64,000 bases of DNA from Mizuhopecten yessoensis (GCF_002113885.1 NW_018408855.1:314219-378218), one strand, 5' to 3'; counted from the stretch's first letter, positions 12,301 through 26,250 are shown. Notes: generated by a model from the sequence alone, not told the origin. A program made the numbers and translations.

Positions 12301-13531
12301 TTTACGCCGCCTGACATATCGTTGTGCTGATTTCCACTTCAAAATCGATGCTGTGGATTTTACATGCATAAAGCTTTCGGATTATCCTTCAAGTTTACTC
12401 AGTTTTCAGGCTGCTGATTGATCACATCTCGCACTGTAACCATCTTTCAACAGCACCGCTAATGGTGACCATGACCTTTGACCTGTGATTCCCGTCGTCA
12501 ACACGTGTCTCAACTTAGTCACTTAAATAAAATTCGATAAAAGCAGATCCATATATAGGGTTTCCTTAAGTATGTACATGTTAGGTTTATAGTAAGGAGG
12601 TATGGTGTTCGTTATGTATATACTTGCTTATACTGAAGTTACCCCTGAAGACGCATTTGAACTCTTCCAATCAAAATTTTATACAAATTCAGGGGTAAAT
12701 AAGTAAGAACATTTGTTGACTAAATGCTTGCTACATATTAAGTTTTGTTGACTGTACTGTTCATGTTTACTTAAATTTTACATTAAGAATTTGATCAGTA
12801 GATATTGACTATTTTAATACTACATAAAATGTTTTTAATTTTAGTTCAGGATATACAAGTTTTTTAAAGTTTAACATAAAGAATTTGATCAATAGATATT
12901 GACTTTTTTAATAATGCATAAAAATGTATCTGCATGTCGTATTTAAATACAATGCATGTGTGGGGTTATTGCAAAGGCGCAGGTACCGATTGAAAGTATA
13001 GAAGAGATTTGCTAACTTGCCATATCTAGTACAGAATACTTTTACCAAATGAAACATCTGTGAAATTATTTTGATGAAAGAATCTCATTCTTCAATGTTA
13101 TATGAAGTAAATAAAGAGGTATATCACATGGTCGAATCCAGAAAGGAAATTCCTTTTCTGTTTACAACACACCCAATACTATGTATCACAGGCGGTGCTT
13201 CACTGTGGCGTCACAATTAAATCTCGTCTGCGTAAACAATCTCGTTTTTTGTGTTTGACGCAAATTTTGTCGAGAGGTTTGATTTAACACAAATTGTGTT
13301 AATTTAGTTACATTTGTAGTTAAATGTCTGTAAATGCCCTACCAATTATTGCTCCGAGGTGTTCAAGTAACTTTGCTAGCGGTTCAGGTACTTCACTTTT
13401 TGAAGCAATACTAGATTGACACAGTTGAATCAGCAAGGTTTAAGTACAGTATATCCAGTAACATTATACTTGTTTACTTATTGGGGCAATACTTAGACTA
13501 TAAGAGAGCACCGTCTTATACATAGACAGGT

Positions 13532-14122
13532 TACTCATTGGGGAATGCCAGACTAGCAGAGTTCCTAAGAGCAGGTATACTGTTTATAAACACGTAATAT
13601 ACTCATTGGGGAATGCCAGACTAGCAGAGTTCCTAAGAGCAGGTATACTGTTTATAAACACGTACTATACTCATTGGGGAATGTCAGACTAGCAGAGTTC
13701 CTTATAGAAGGTATAATGTTTATAAACACGTACTATACTCATTGGGAATGTCAGACTAGCAGACTTCCTTAGAGAAGGTATAATGTTTATAAACACGTAC
13801 TATACTCATTGGGAATGTCAGACTAGCAGACTTCCTCAGGAGAAGGTATACTGTTTATAAACACGTACTATACTCATTGGGAATGTCAGACTAGCAGAGT
13901 CCTCAGGAGAAGGTTTAATGTTTACAAATAGGTGTTTTACTCATTCGGGAATAGCAGACTAGCAGAGTCCCTAAGGAGAGGTACATTTTATAATGTTTAT
14001 AAACAGGTACTATACTCATTTGGCAATGCTAGACAAGCAGACTTCCTAAGAGAAAGAATAATATTTGTAGACGGATACTATACTCATTTGGCAATGCTGG
14101 ACTAGCAGAGTCCCTAAGGAGA
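13532..14122. repeat. ~68-bp minisatellite, 9 copies
   Basis: ACTCATT unit starts at 13533, 13601, 13669, 13737, 13804, 13872, 13939, 14014 and 14082. Diverged relatives occur near 13480-13530, 15290-15400 and 15540-15660. Confidence 0.95.
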
Positions 14123-14762
14123 AGTGTGACAGATAAATATAATGTCGCCCGTTAGGTGACATGAGTATTTATCTGTCACCCAAATTGCATTCATGTCGAC
14201 TGTATACTGCAACTGGTAACAGTTCAATGCTTATATTTACATTTACATGTATATAGTTTGTTTTGTATAGTAACTGAAGCAAAAATACGTTTGAATTTCC
14301 CGCTTATTATATCAGTGACGACAGTAAGTTCAAATCCCAGAACAGCCGAAATTTACAGAAGAAATAATATAGTCCCTCGTGTCATTGAAAACCACACGCA
14401 CATACAATGGTTTGAACACAAACTTAACATTATTATTTATTTCATATAAGCGTTTATATGTTGAAAAATTGTTAACAATTGCATAACTTCTGCTTGTTTA
14501 AAATTAAGGCTGTTTTTCGTGCATTGATAGATTACATGTATTTTGAAGTGATGCGGCGCTGAACGGACTTGATTGATTCTTCGGGAACGCTTATGTTTCC
14601 ATCGACTGGAATGTTACGTTATTTTCAGAAGCATATATACTCGGAAATTTGCCATTAAAGTGGTTCTTTCAGTAGGTGATAACGATTCCAAGGACATTTC
14701 GTTTGAAACAGATTCCATGTCTAGTCGGTCAGATTAGCATCGCTACTGTAGCAGACGACGTT

Positions 14763-14961
14763 CACAGGGGCTCGGTTTCACGATTTTAAGTAATGGATGA
14801 GATCATTGAGGAGCCACAATACTTATAAAGGTATGCATACACATTATAAAACCTTGTCGATACCCCCGACTTTTACAAGGTTTTATAAATTCTGAATTTT
14901 AGTGTTGTGGTTGTTCACTGGTGTTATGCATAACTCAAAATCTCGAAACCGAGCCCCTGTG
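14763..14961. mobile_element. MITE with ~36-bp TIRs (CACAGGGGCTCGGTTTC...GAAACCGAGCCCCTGTG)
   Basis: The first 17 bp of the TIRs match perfectly and the rest imperfectly. Flanks gacgacgtt (14754-14762) and gatgacgtt (14963-14971) may be a 9-10 bp TSD. Confidence 0.85.
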
Positions 14962-16129
14962 TGATGACGTTGACATACTTGGTATTTTCGTATCTAGAAT
15001 GGCGCTTACAATAATGTTGTGGTACCTATACATCATATAATAAATTAATATTGTCATAATTTGTCAAGTTGCTTTGTTTTTTGCGATGACCTACATTACT
15101 AAATGATAACGAACCCAGAAAGTTCTCTGACCTATTGATATCGGATGTGACTGGTGGCCATGTTTGTTTACCTTGTACCAGCTGTATCCCTACACTGGCC
15201 ATATCACTGTTTATTGTAGTATACAGTCTCATATACTGCAATTTGGTTTACTATTGACATATAGGCAACTGCAACACAGAATGTCAATATAATGTTTATA
15301 ACCATGTAATATACCCTAGGGAAATGCTAGAGTAGCAGAACCATCGGGACAAGATATAAAGCTTATAGACAGGTAATTTACTCTTTGGGACATACTTTAC
15401 TCTCTCAGCTACCCCAAAAGACGGTATCGTTTAAATAAGCGGTAACATACATCCAAGAGTAATAAAAACAAGAGAACACCAAAGAGTCAACAAAAGCATA
15501 ATTTGGACTTTAAATCGATCTACAAAAACACATGATAAACAGTTCCTCGGGAGAAGGTAATGATATAACGTAGACAGGTACTACATTCCTACGATCAATG
15601 CTAGAGTCACATGTCCCACAGGAGAAGATATTGATGGATAAAAACGGTAAAATAACGCGGATGCTAGTATCAGATTAACAATGTCAATAGTTTTTTTTTA
15701 AACTGATGTTCCCTATTGTGTTTTAATGTCATTCCGATATTTTGTAAAACGACGCTCTTGTTTGTCAGCCAAACAATGCTTGTTCCAGTTTGCAGCGTTT
15801 TCTATCTTTTTAAGGTCGATAACACGTTTTAAAATAATTAGTTGTTGTACTTGACGCCAACAATCATTGAATTGGTGAAGTAATGTCCACGATATCGCCA
15901 CAATAGACAGATATATGTTACAGATAATCAGTAAATACTCTTCATTACGCAAAAAAATGCATTTTTTTATGATAATGCCAATCCTGTAGGCCGGAAAATA
16001 AGAAAATAAAACATCTGCTGTTACCCACTGCACGATCGTAACAGGAACCCCCTGCATAGTTAGGGATTTGCCTTTTTGCCCACTTCATAGGAACATAAAA
16101 GCGACCCTTGCTTGGCAATACTTCGTCTC

Positions 16130-16422
16130 TGACTTAATTACATGTAATGGGTTCTGGTCTCATGCCGAGATATTCCATACTCCTTAAAATATCATAGTGA
16201 TTTTTGTCTTTCTTAACGTTCAACATTTAGGGGAAAGGAAGCAACCGGTTTACCCGTTGTCAGTATACCGTGGCTAGGCGAAATGCTGTCTTTGGTGCTT
16301 ACGGCATGCTATATCAGTGAGATAGCAACGTCGTCAACAGATCAGCGTCGTCATAATGAGGCACGTCCGTAGACAACAATATCTGTTGATAGGACGTAAA
16401 ACCTGGTTAAACAAAATCAAAC
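16130..16422 (+). mobile_element. Degenerate mollusc-type (MESC/Meta-like) SINE
   Basis: aacgttcaacatttagggga...accggtttacccgttgtcagtata...ggcatgctatatcagtgagatagca...ctgttgataggacgtaaaacc...aaacaaaatcaaac matches the organisation and tail of MESC/Meta SINEs as I recall them. Confidence 0.55.
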
Positions 16423-16559
16423 TAATTTTCCTAGTGCGTTAATGCGCTGTTAACGTTATATGGAAACTAAAATACGGCTTTTGACAACGTCATCATATTA
16501 GGATAAAATTCAGAAGAGCCAATAGGTTTGATCGCATGAAGTCTGTGTCTAGGCCTACC

Positions 16560-17170
16560 GGTAGGAGGAGAAATCTGTGACAGTTGATACAGGTTATGCT
16601 TATCAACGAGTGGCAGCCGCACAGGTATTTTGTAATACGTCACTCTTCCTGGAAATGTACTACGCCAGGAGTTTATTTTCTTACATAGTTTGTCTCTGTG
16701 ACGTTTTCAAGTAAGAAGGCACTCGCGGCCGTTCCCCGATACAACGCGGGCAAACAACCATATGTATGAGCTATGTAGAACCTCCCAAATGAGACAGATG
16801 CTTGTTGTCAAACGGAGGTTTCCTGGAGACTAAAACCAACTTGCCTCAATCAATTTTGTTCATTCCGTCCGGTCAGACAGTGAATGCCACCTCTAGGATA
16901 CCAAGGCCAATTGTGTTGTTTCAAGTAATCATGGACTGAAAAGCTCTGATCGGAAAACGACAATATGTCCAAGCAGCTATAGCCAATATTAGCCCGTCAA
17001 TCAGACAGTATGGACGTCGGGATATTGATCTAGGCGGTGATTAACAGCGGACGCCTGTTCGAATGTCCAATACTACATTTAGTGGAACATAGACGTTTTA
17101 TTATGGATCTAATACAACTGACAATTGTACATTTGTATGACCGAAACTTGTCGAGGCAGACTATATGTTT
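16560..17170 (+). pseudogene. Decayed ankyrin-repeat coding relic
   Basis: From 16742: QRGQTTICMS...*DRCLLSNGGFLETKTNLPQSILFI, and later YGRRDIDLGGD*QRTPV. Multiple stops. Confidence 0.35.
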
Positions 17171-18599
17171 GTAAGGTAATGACGGTACCGTAATAACGAC
17201 TAATTGAATGGGAACTGCTAATTGAATTTAATCATATTACACGTGTAGGCATCAAAGTATACAAGCGTAATGTCGTGTCCGTTTGCTTGCTCGTGATGGA
17301 GAAATACACTGATTCCAGCCAGTGATGAGCGTGCGCGTTAATTTAGATCACTGTGGACTAGCTGTTGCGGTCAAACATTGGCCACGTCTGGCGGAGCGAA
17401 GGGGGGTAACTCTAGCTATTTTGTTCATCAGCAACATAAGTGCAACAACCAAATGAAAACAAATTAGAATCACTGTATTTAAAGTTATGAATGCACAATA
17501 TATGTAAGAAAACACATATTTGTTTGTTGTTTATAAATGAAACGCATTGTCGTCTGGGGAAAAGGTCTGGATTTAAAATAAAGGACACTATGACCGTTAG
17601 TTTGTAATATAAAGTTTGTTTTTTATTCCAATAATTCTTGGATTTACACAATAATTGTAAATGACGTTATACGTATATAGCTATTATGGTTGCATGTATG
17701 TTATATATCATTGCGATGGGTCCATACTCCCAAAAAAACAATGACAAAGAAAAAATAAGAGCCACGTTTTAAAGTATATATAAATGGAATATACACAAGT
17801 ATTGTCAACTTCATACTGCACAAAATGGTACGAAATCTGAATCAAGACTGTGTATTGAATAAATGAAATGGATTGATGCGTTGTTTTTATTTGAAAGATA
17901 ATACAGTTTGTTTATATTGGTGAATGTTCGGTATGTTTGACATTGTAAGAAAGGAAAACACACTCTGCGGTATTCGGTTATTGATATCCACAATGAGAAC
18001 CAGACACGGTTAACAAAACCCTTCCTGATAAAGGAAAATAAAAAATTGTTACAAAAACAAATTTTCGTCCAATGTATTACATGTATCACTGTTGAATACA
18101 TGTACAGACTAAAAATTCTGGCGAGAAAATCATAAAACGTTTTGCATTTATTTTATTACTTTTTTATGTTGCTCTTCCTCATTTAGAAAAAAGTGTCATT
18201 ACTGATATTGTTTCAATAAACATAAAATTGATTGAAAAATATCTAATCGGGAAAATACATTTCTTTTGCTTACATGAAAATGTTATCAGAAATACAAAAC
18301 TAACAGTCATCATTTCAAAACTATTCTATATTCACGTTGGTAATACTTTAAACTAAATGGTATTAAGCTACCCATGAGTATTGCTTAGTTGAGAGACTCT
18401 ATTAAATGTTTGTTTTATACTTAATGTTGTTGTTAGTGTATGACTCGTAGACAATATTTGTATAATTATGCATATAGTTGATTCCATTCACTCATTCAGA
18501 GAGAACACAAAACTGAAAGCAAACATCAAGAAGGGAAATAAAACAGGACGCCATAATCAAATTTGTTAAAACCGGGCCAAAGTGAAAAAATAGAAATAA

Positions 18600-18710
18600 T
18601 TACACAGAGATCCTTTCAACAGTACAAGGACAATACTACCAGGGGTTCCGGAAGGCTAAGCGTCCCTTGTTTCATCAAATTCCATTCGCCATGTAAATCT
18701 TAGTGAAATC
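18600..18710 (-). mobile_element. Penelope-like element 3'/pLTR fragment
   Basis: accaggggttccggaaggctaagcgtcccttgtttcatc...cgccatgtaaatc is homologous to 35761-35819, which lies next to the PLE RT remnant. Confidence 0.55.
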
Positions 18711-19762
18711 TTTCTGACGTCACGTCATCAAAATGAACACTGGTATAAAATTACACTGCAACCACAAAGTACACTGGTGAACATGATCAAAAACGCCAAC
18801 CTTAGCAACAGGAGAGGAAACTCAATATTTCCCAACGAGATGATATTGTGACTATAACATTATAGTCTTCATCTTTCTTCATCTTTCGAAATCCTTTAAT
18901 GTGAGTTTGTCAGCTTCCGACAGCTATTGTGGTTAAAGTGATATTTGGAGTCATCAAAAAATACCGCATTTACTGTTACATGTAAACAGCTTAGGTGGGA
19001 AGTAGGGATGATTGTATTGTTAAAGGAAAACTTTAAGATAGTAAAATCGAAATTACCTCGGTTAGCGTACAACTTGATAGTAAACCATCTCTGTTTGGTT
19101 ATTTAAGATCGAGGACAACGGATGATTGAGGAGAATTGGTATTGTCTTTGGTTTTACCTGAAAATGAAGGCTTTGATAAGATATGTGCTACTCGTCCTGA
19201 TTAGGCTTATAAATATAAGTATCATTTGATAAAAACAAAAACAAACAAATAACGAATAAACGAAAAGAAAGTAAAACATGAAAATAGAGCGGTCGTTTTT
19301 CTCCTGTGGGTAAGCCAAACATCTTGTGACGTACCTCAACAAATGTATTGCCAATCAGGGATTTGTATTTATTATAGAATATTTAACTCAAGCCTTTATC
19401 ATGATTTTCAAAAATTATTCTCAGTAAAACAATCTCATAATAAGAGAACGATGGTTTTCTTCTTTCTGGTATTAAATACGGTAGTATTTAGAATAGAAAA
19501 GAGGAATGATTAGATAGTAGAAAAACAATTGAGGAAACTTTGTTGATTATTGATAAATACATATATATATATATATAACAGAGCATTGTTTTCCTCGTTT
19601 TACATTGCAATGCATTTTAGACATAATTTCCATTCTTCTTAAATTGTTGTTGCTGTTGTACTTTGTAAATAAAGTGTTTGTGCGTTATAGTAAATTCTGA
19701 ACCTATATGTAGATGTTTGGGTAAATGTGGTGGTAAGGTTTATTTTATGTTTTTCATAAATG

Positions 19763-20580
19763 TTGGTACAGTTGTCTTTGTGTGTTGACTCTGTGGTACA
19801 GCTGTCTTTGTGTGTTGACGCTGTGGTACAGTTTGTCTTTGTGTGTTGACGCTGTGGTACGGTTGACTTTGTGTGTTGACTCTGTTGTACAGTTTGTCTG
19901 TGTATGCTGACTTTGTGGTAAGGTTGCCTTTGTGTGTTGACGCTGTGGTACAGTTTGTCTTTGTGTGTTGACGCTGTGGTACGGTTGTCTTTGTGTGTTG
20001 ACGGTGTGGTACAGTTTGTCTTTGTGTGTTTACGCTGTGGTACAGCTGTCTTTGTGTGTTGACTCTGTGGTACAGCTGTCTTTGTGTGTTGACGCTGTGG
20101 TACAGTTGTCTTTGTGTGTTGACGCTGTGGTACAGTTTGTCCTTGTGTGTTGACGCTGTGGTACGGTTGTCTTTGTGTGTTGACTCTGCGGTACAGTTGT
20201 CTTTGTGTGTTGACGCTGTGGTACGGTTGTCTTTGTGTGTTGACTCTGCGGTACAGTTGTCTTTGTGTGTTGACGCTGTGGTACGGTTGTCTTTGTGTGT
20301 TGACTCTGTGGTACAGTTTGTCTGTGTGTGTGTACGCTGTGGTACAGTTGTCTTTGTGTGTTGACGATGTCGTACAGTTTGTCTTTGTGTGTTGACGCTG
20401 TGGTACAGTTGTCTTTGTGTGTTGACTCTGTGGTAAGGTTGTCTTTGTGTGTTGACGCTGTGGTACGGTTGTCTTTGTGTGTTGACTCTGTTGTACAGTT
20501 TGTCTGTGTATGTTGACTTTGTGGTACGGTTGTCTTTGTATGTTGGCTCTGTGGTACAGTTGTCTTTGTGTGTCGACGAT
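19763..20580. repeat. 30/31-bp minisatellite (GTGGTACAGTTGTCTTTGTGTGTTGACGCT), about 27 copies
   Basis: Directly visible tandem array. It generates the ORFs 19740-20654(-) and 19965-20516(+). Confidence 0.97.
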
Positions 20581-21422
20581 GTGTTTTTTAAGTAATGTAG
20601 ATCCTTTATTATTCCTCTTGCACGCCCTACTGAGTAGAGCATTTTAATTTTCATATTACATTTGAGGCAGTTTTACACTTAGGATAATGTGACAAAAGTC
20701 GTGTCGATGTATTAGATGATGGTAGAGAAATATGTTTTATGCAGGTTGGGAAACGGAAAGGTGGGGAGTTCTTTGCTGGGAGGGGCGTGCATTTTGGTAA
20801 GAGATGAGGTATCAGGGGAAATTAGTGGCAAAACGTCAAGATACGGTGACCTGACGGGTGTTGTATCAGTGTGACCCAGGGGATCCTGAGGAAGCACGGC
20901 AGGTGTTAACAGTGGCCAAACTGTCGTCTAGCAATCAGGAGTGACCGAGACCATATCGTCCACATCACACAAACTCTTGGTGTATCAGCGTCACAGTCGA
21001 ATACGTTCTTAATTTGTCTGCGTGGCCGGGAAAGTCTTATCAATGCAAATATTCCAAACAGAAGAGCAGCGCAGGACGGGTTTTCACCAACGTATGATCT
21101 TAACTAGGATCTATACGTCTACTAAGTAGTATGGTTATATATATAAAGGGTGAATCTGTATTAACATAACAAAACTGAAAAAAAAGAATTGCGATGATCT
21201 AGTTTGATAAAATGTACAAGGAAACGAGCAGCTCTATTAAAGGAATGATAGAAAAGTTCCCACACAGTGCTCTACACTAAATGCAGGAATACCTTATTAT
21301 CTTATATATAACAAGCACACCAACAATAACATTATGATTATACAACGTGACATTATTCCGTTTTGACCCTAGTTTACATGGCAGGTGTCGTCAATGAAGA
21401 CGCTTATTCTTCCGAAACACTT

Positions 21423-21687
21423 GGGCCCGTATTCATGAAACCGTTCTCATTCTCAATCATTAATTCTATGCTCAAACCAGCTTTCTTGTAACTCACCTAA
21501 ATCATGAAAACAATCAAGAAGTAAATGTAAACATTGAAAACAGTATTCGGCTTTACGTCTCTTTAAAAAATCACCAAACTTTTGAAAAAAATAAGATTTG
21601 TGTTTCAATGTATAGCATAAACAAGAAATTAGGCCTAAGCACAAAAAACATATTTGAGTATGAGAACGGTTTCATGAATACGGGCCC
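21423..21687. mobile_element. MITE, PIF/Harbinger-like, 34-bp TIRs
   Basis: GGGCCCGTATTCATGAAACCGTTCTCATTCTCAA matches the reverse complement of 21654-21687 with 1 mismatch. The (T/C)TG flanks are consistent with a CWG target. Confidence 0.9.
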
Positions 21688-21695
21688 TGGTCTTA

Positions 21696-22485
21696 TTATG
21701 TCTCCCCTTCGAATGAAGGGAAACATATTGTCTTATTCCTGTTTCTTCTTCTTCTAGTTCCTCTTCTGGTTCTTCTGGTTTTTCTAATCGCAACTTGTCC
21801 GGGCCATACATTTTAAATCGTTAAATATATCTTATTGAAGGTATATAATGGGGTATACATGCATCACCCACAGAAGTTGTACATTGCACTAGAATAAGGT
21901 CATTGTGACAGTTACCTCAGGGTCAAAGGTCCAATAAGTGCAACATTTTCAGTTAATTCTTGTCCAGCCCGTAAACTTTAAATCGTTAAATATATCTTGA
22001 TCAAACTTGAAGTAAACCTGCATTACCCAAAGAAGGTGAACAGTGCAATATGATTAGGTCCCGTGCCCAACTATATACAGAGTTATGGCCTTTTGTTAAT
22101 TTTTAATACATAAGTTTGTCCGGAGCATGTACGTTCCATATTATTTCACCTACGTTGACCACGCTTACCATATTTAAGTTTCTTGAGTAGGCGGAATATC
22201 TCGCACTGAAATCGAGTTTTGTGTCCCACTATATATAGAGTTATAGCCCTTTGTTTATTTTTATTACCGAAGTTTGTCCACGGCATGACGTCCATGTTAT
22301 TTCACCTACGTTGACCAAATTTGCAATAGTTATGCATCTTCGGAAGTAGGAGTGTCACATTTTAAATTCGGGTCACGTGTCCCACTATATAAAGATATAT
22401 GGCCCTTTGTTATGTTTTATATCAAGTTTTCTATTGGCTAATAAAGGGAGACATATGTTTTTGTTCACAAAAAACAAGTTTCTAC
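21696..22485 (+). mobile_element. HINE-type non-autonomous Helentron
   Basis: 5' subterminal IR TATGTCTCCC with nearby partner GGGAAACATA, a (TTC)n microsatellite, four ~160-bp core repeats (TTGTCC at about 21795, 21960, 22116, 22274), a 3' GGGAGACATA and a short palindrome (GTTTTTGT..ACAAAAAAC). Confidence 0.85.
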
Positions 22486-24030
22486 ATCTCCTTTTGAATT
22501 GTGCTTTTTTTGGTAATATTTTTTCCTAGTTTTATCGATTTTGAGTTCAAACTATGGTTTTATTTACAATCGATATTCTCTTGTTGGCTTTTGATTTGTC
22601 TGAAGATATAAAAAAGTGTTATAAATAAGACGTATCATGCGTTAAGTGTGCCGTTGAACCCTACCTGTAATAACATGGCATATTTGTTCTGATTTTTGTC
22701 TTTCATGCATTTATTTATCTGTTCACGTTTTAGCTTTATTAATTAATGACCGAAAAATCTAACGACCATCCTCACATCAAACCATAATAGCAACCTCTCA
22801 TTACACGAAACTAAACCTGTAAACAAATCACCGCTTATACAAAAGTAAGATACAGTGTATGGTAACACAAACTATAACAATAGTCGTCAACAGCAGTCAA
22901 GTTGAAAACAAATCACAATATATGCAGTACAAAACAAATATTTAATAAAAACGCTGACAACTCAAAAGCTAATTAGAACCATTGTCATCACAAACAATAA
23001 GAAAGAAGTTCATAAATATAAAAAAAATCACTCTAAATACAAAATAACAAGACCCAAACAAAGTTCTGCACAGAAAGAAATTGACAGGTAACATACATGT
23101 AGAAATAGGACAACAAAATCCCATAACACTTGTCCCTAGCCTACATCAACCTGCATCTTTGGCAAACCTGAGCTGTAAGTTCGTCAGCAGTCAATCACGG
23201 GAGTCATGATATTCGGATCAGCTTTTTGAATATCGAACCAATTGCGACATGTTAACCTCATAGTTTTGGAAACAGGGATGTTACTATCAAGAAAAGGACA
23301 GCACAAGATCTAGACTTTTTTTAAATCATTCCCCAGCTGTACTCCATCAATTTCGCCTTTGGAGTCTACATGCTTATAACGTGGGACTAGGAATTGTATT
23401 TGGAGGTTATTGTAATTGCTTTGATAGGCAGTCAGCAGAACCAGCGACAAAACGATGTTCATATGCATTCTACAAAGTTTGAGAATCTAATACAATCGAG
23501 TCTAGTCCGTATTCTTATCATCAAGAGATATGTGGAATAATTGTGATATAAAAGCATGATTTATTGTCTTTCAAAAACACGGAACTTGTATTAGAAGGCG
23601 TTAATTGATTATCAGGCAAGCTCATATCTTTAATCATTTATAGTGCTTTGATAAACTTTAAATGTTCAGGTATCTGCATCCACTTACTTAATATTTTAAA
23701 ACTAGTTTACCATGTTTTTCTTGTTATTGTGTTACGGTTTTTATTTTTAATTTCGGTCTGATACAATGTACAAAATAACGTCCCATTTGCATTAATTGTA
23801 TCCACATAGATCATAATCTAACAGCACAGAACCTTCCTTGATTCTTCTAAGACTTGATTAGATATTTGAAACTTCATCAGTTTAACATCAAATATCATTT
23901 TATTAATTGAAACCTGCACGCCGTGCACTTACATCGGTATTTCTTGTTTTTGCCAATCTACAAACTGCAGCGAGCAGATTTGATTTTATAATTAACCTGC
24001 TCTGTTAGTTATAAATCAGAATCGATTACC

Positions 24031-24760
24031 ATGAGTCAGATGAACAGTATATATAGAACGAATATTGTGTCGAATCTATGTCATGAAAAAACACTACATC
24101 TTGCTGAAATTAGCGGCCAGGAGGATATTGCGAAGCTCTGTAACGCAATGCGAGTGCTGACATTTCCTGATTCTGTAAATATGGACGCCCCACGGAGTCC
24201 TGTACTGACCGGGCACGCGCAGTCTCGTGACAAATTACCTGGAGCTGGGGAGCCACCACCATAAACAGACCGAAATAACAGTATAAAAAGGAAACTAATG
24301 GAAACATATGTGTGTAGCGATTTTCGCATCTTGTGAGTGCCCGCCTTTGGTTTTATATGAAAGCGGTGACGTGTGTGTGGCTATTTGTGGCACTCAGCAG
24401 TGTAATCTATCTAGCATTTTTGTCACTCCGCTTCGTCATTTTGGCAGATCGCAATCTCAACCTATATTATAGTCCAATTCTAGCTTCTTTTTATATCAGA
24501 TACTGGTATTTAGGTCGCAATGGCTGGTCCTTATGATTGAATCAGAAAGATGATGCATTCCAGGTCAACGCTAAAGGACATGCTTATACAATACTGCGTT
24601 CAGATGTATCGCTAGGCATAATGATTTCGACGTTAATGTACCACATTGTCAACGAATATAAAAGAATTACATCCAAATCTGAAACATATACTAAAATATG
24701 AGGATGCCATGAGTTACCAAAACAAAAGGAAAGACATCATGCATCCACAAAAAGTTAAAT
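24031..24760 (+). pseudogene. Decayed ankyrin repeats followed by a SOCS-box-like motif (ASB-like relic)
   Basis: ORF 24031-24264 has EKTLHLAEISGQEDIAKL and DSVNMDAPRSPVLTGHAQSRDKLPGAG, two ankyrin-like units. 24562-24705 reads RSTLKDMLIQYCVQ...NIKELHPNLKHILKYED with stops, which is SOCS-box-like. Confidence 0.45.
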
Positions 24761-25759
24761 GAGGTATAAAAGTTCGCCAGATCCGTGATATTAATGCACT
24801 TGGCTAGAAAATATACCACGACTATATTCAGAGGATGTCATTCATAGTAGCTATGAATGCCATGACCCGATAGTTGTTAATTGCAATATCACTATAATAT
24901 AGATATAAATGCATTGCATGTACAATAACATGTATGTAACTGGTAATAAAGATACGAAAGGGAAGTACGTTAATTTACAAATTAACAAGGCAATCAATGT
25001 TCGAATTGTTTCAGAAAGAAGTCTATAACCTATCGGTTACGAACAAGACAAACGTTATAGCCGTTTAAACCATTGATGCTGTCGCTATCAAATACACGTC
25101 TGTCTTCTGCTAGTAAGCAGGATCACTCAATGCAACCGTTGTCGTGTTACTCTTTTTATTTTCGAAAGTATTTTGGGTTTTTTTGAGAATTTCTTCATAT
25201 TTAAAGTGTTTTGTTCATAAACACACCAATGGAAATTGTTTTGAAACAGATATTTGTTCATTTATATATTTCTCGACGTTAACAGGCATATCTTGCAAAC
25301 CGCCCAAATTGTAAGCAATTGATGATTAAATATAATACCTCACACCTAAAACTATTGACGATTTTATCTATTAACCGTTCATCAGCGGTACTAAAGGTCA
25401 AAACAGTAAATGTTCAAGTATAAGGTATTCCAAAACATACATAGTAATAAACGATGTAAAGTTGGACAAACAACGAATAACTGTCCGTCTTTACCTTGCC
25501 CAGAAATACCTGTTAAATCCCAGTATTGTCGTTATGAGATTAACCGGATAACATTTTATTCATTTCATTCGTTATTACTTTAAATCTTGCGGTTTATTAG
25601 CAGAGTTCATACATACAGTGCAAATAATAATACAGTACAAACATATGTAAATAAAGAATACAACATTCGGACCACGCATACATGATAAAATTAAAGAGAT
25701 CATTTAGAGAGTAATTCCTTTCAGCTAAAACAGTATTGAATTTCCTCCTTTTTTGACTT

Positions 25760-26250
25760 TGGCTCAGATACTTTGCTAAACTAGACAGTTCTTTATTTTT
25801 GTTGGTGTCATCAAATCTAAAACATTTGCCAAACTAGGATTTTTATTAAAACAGTTTTTTGAATGAAACGGTTCCTTAAATCGGTATAATGACTACATTT
25901 AATAATAAAGTCATGGATTGGATGGATTTGATATGTTATATTTAAAACACCACAGTGCTTACATGCATGTCGTAAATTACGTATTAAATAAGATGTGAAA
26001 TTCGATTCCACTATCCGTCATCTAGAGAGAAGTGATTTTATTCAAAATCTGCCATTTCAATTACAGTGATATATAAATTTGTTAACATTTTTAATTCAAC
26101 TTTTTTAAATACGAGTAGATTTTAAAACTGATACGTCAGGCTAAAGTCTATGAAAGTATTTTCCAGTGACACTCAATCCAGCAAATCCCTTTGAAGTATC
26201 TAAATGTTGAACAAAAACAAATCCGATGTTTTAATTACGGTACAGATGTA
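25760..26250 (-). mobile_element. Decayed LINE ORF2 C-terminus (RTE-X/L2-like zinc knuckle)
   Basis: ORF 25817-26011 CKHCGV...IHDFIIKCSHYTDLRNRFI resembles the C..C......DE.HF...C..Y.DLR motif. Confidence 0.55.

Noticed and set aside
17385-17420. Helitron 3' end (GC-rich stretch then CTAG)
   Set aside because: The hairpin does not pair well and no matching 5' TC end could be defined.
21263-21295. CACAGTG as an RSS/RAG-transposon end
   Set aside because: No nonamer or partner TIR, and no RAG/Transib coding sequence.
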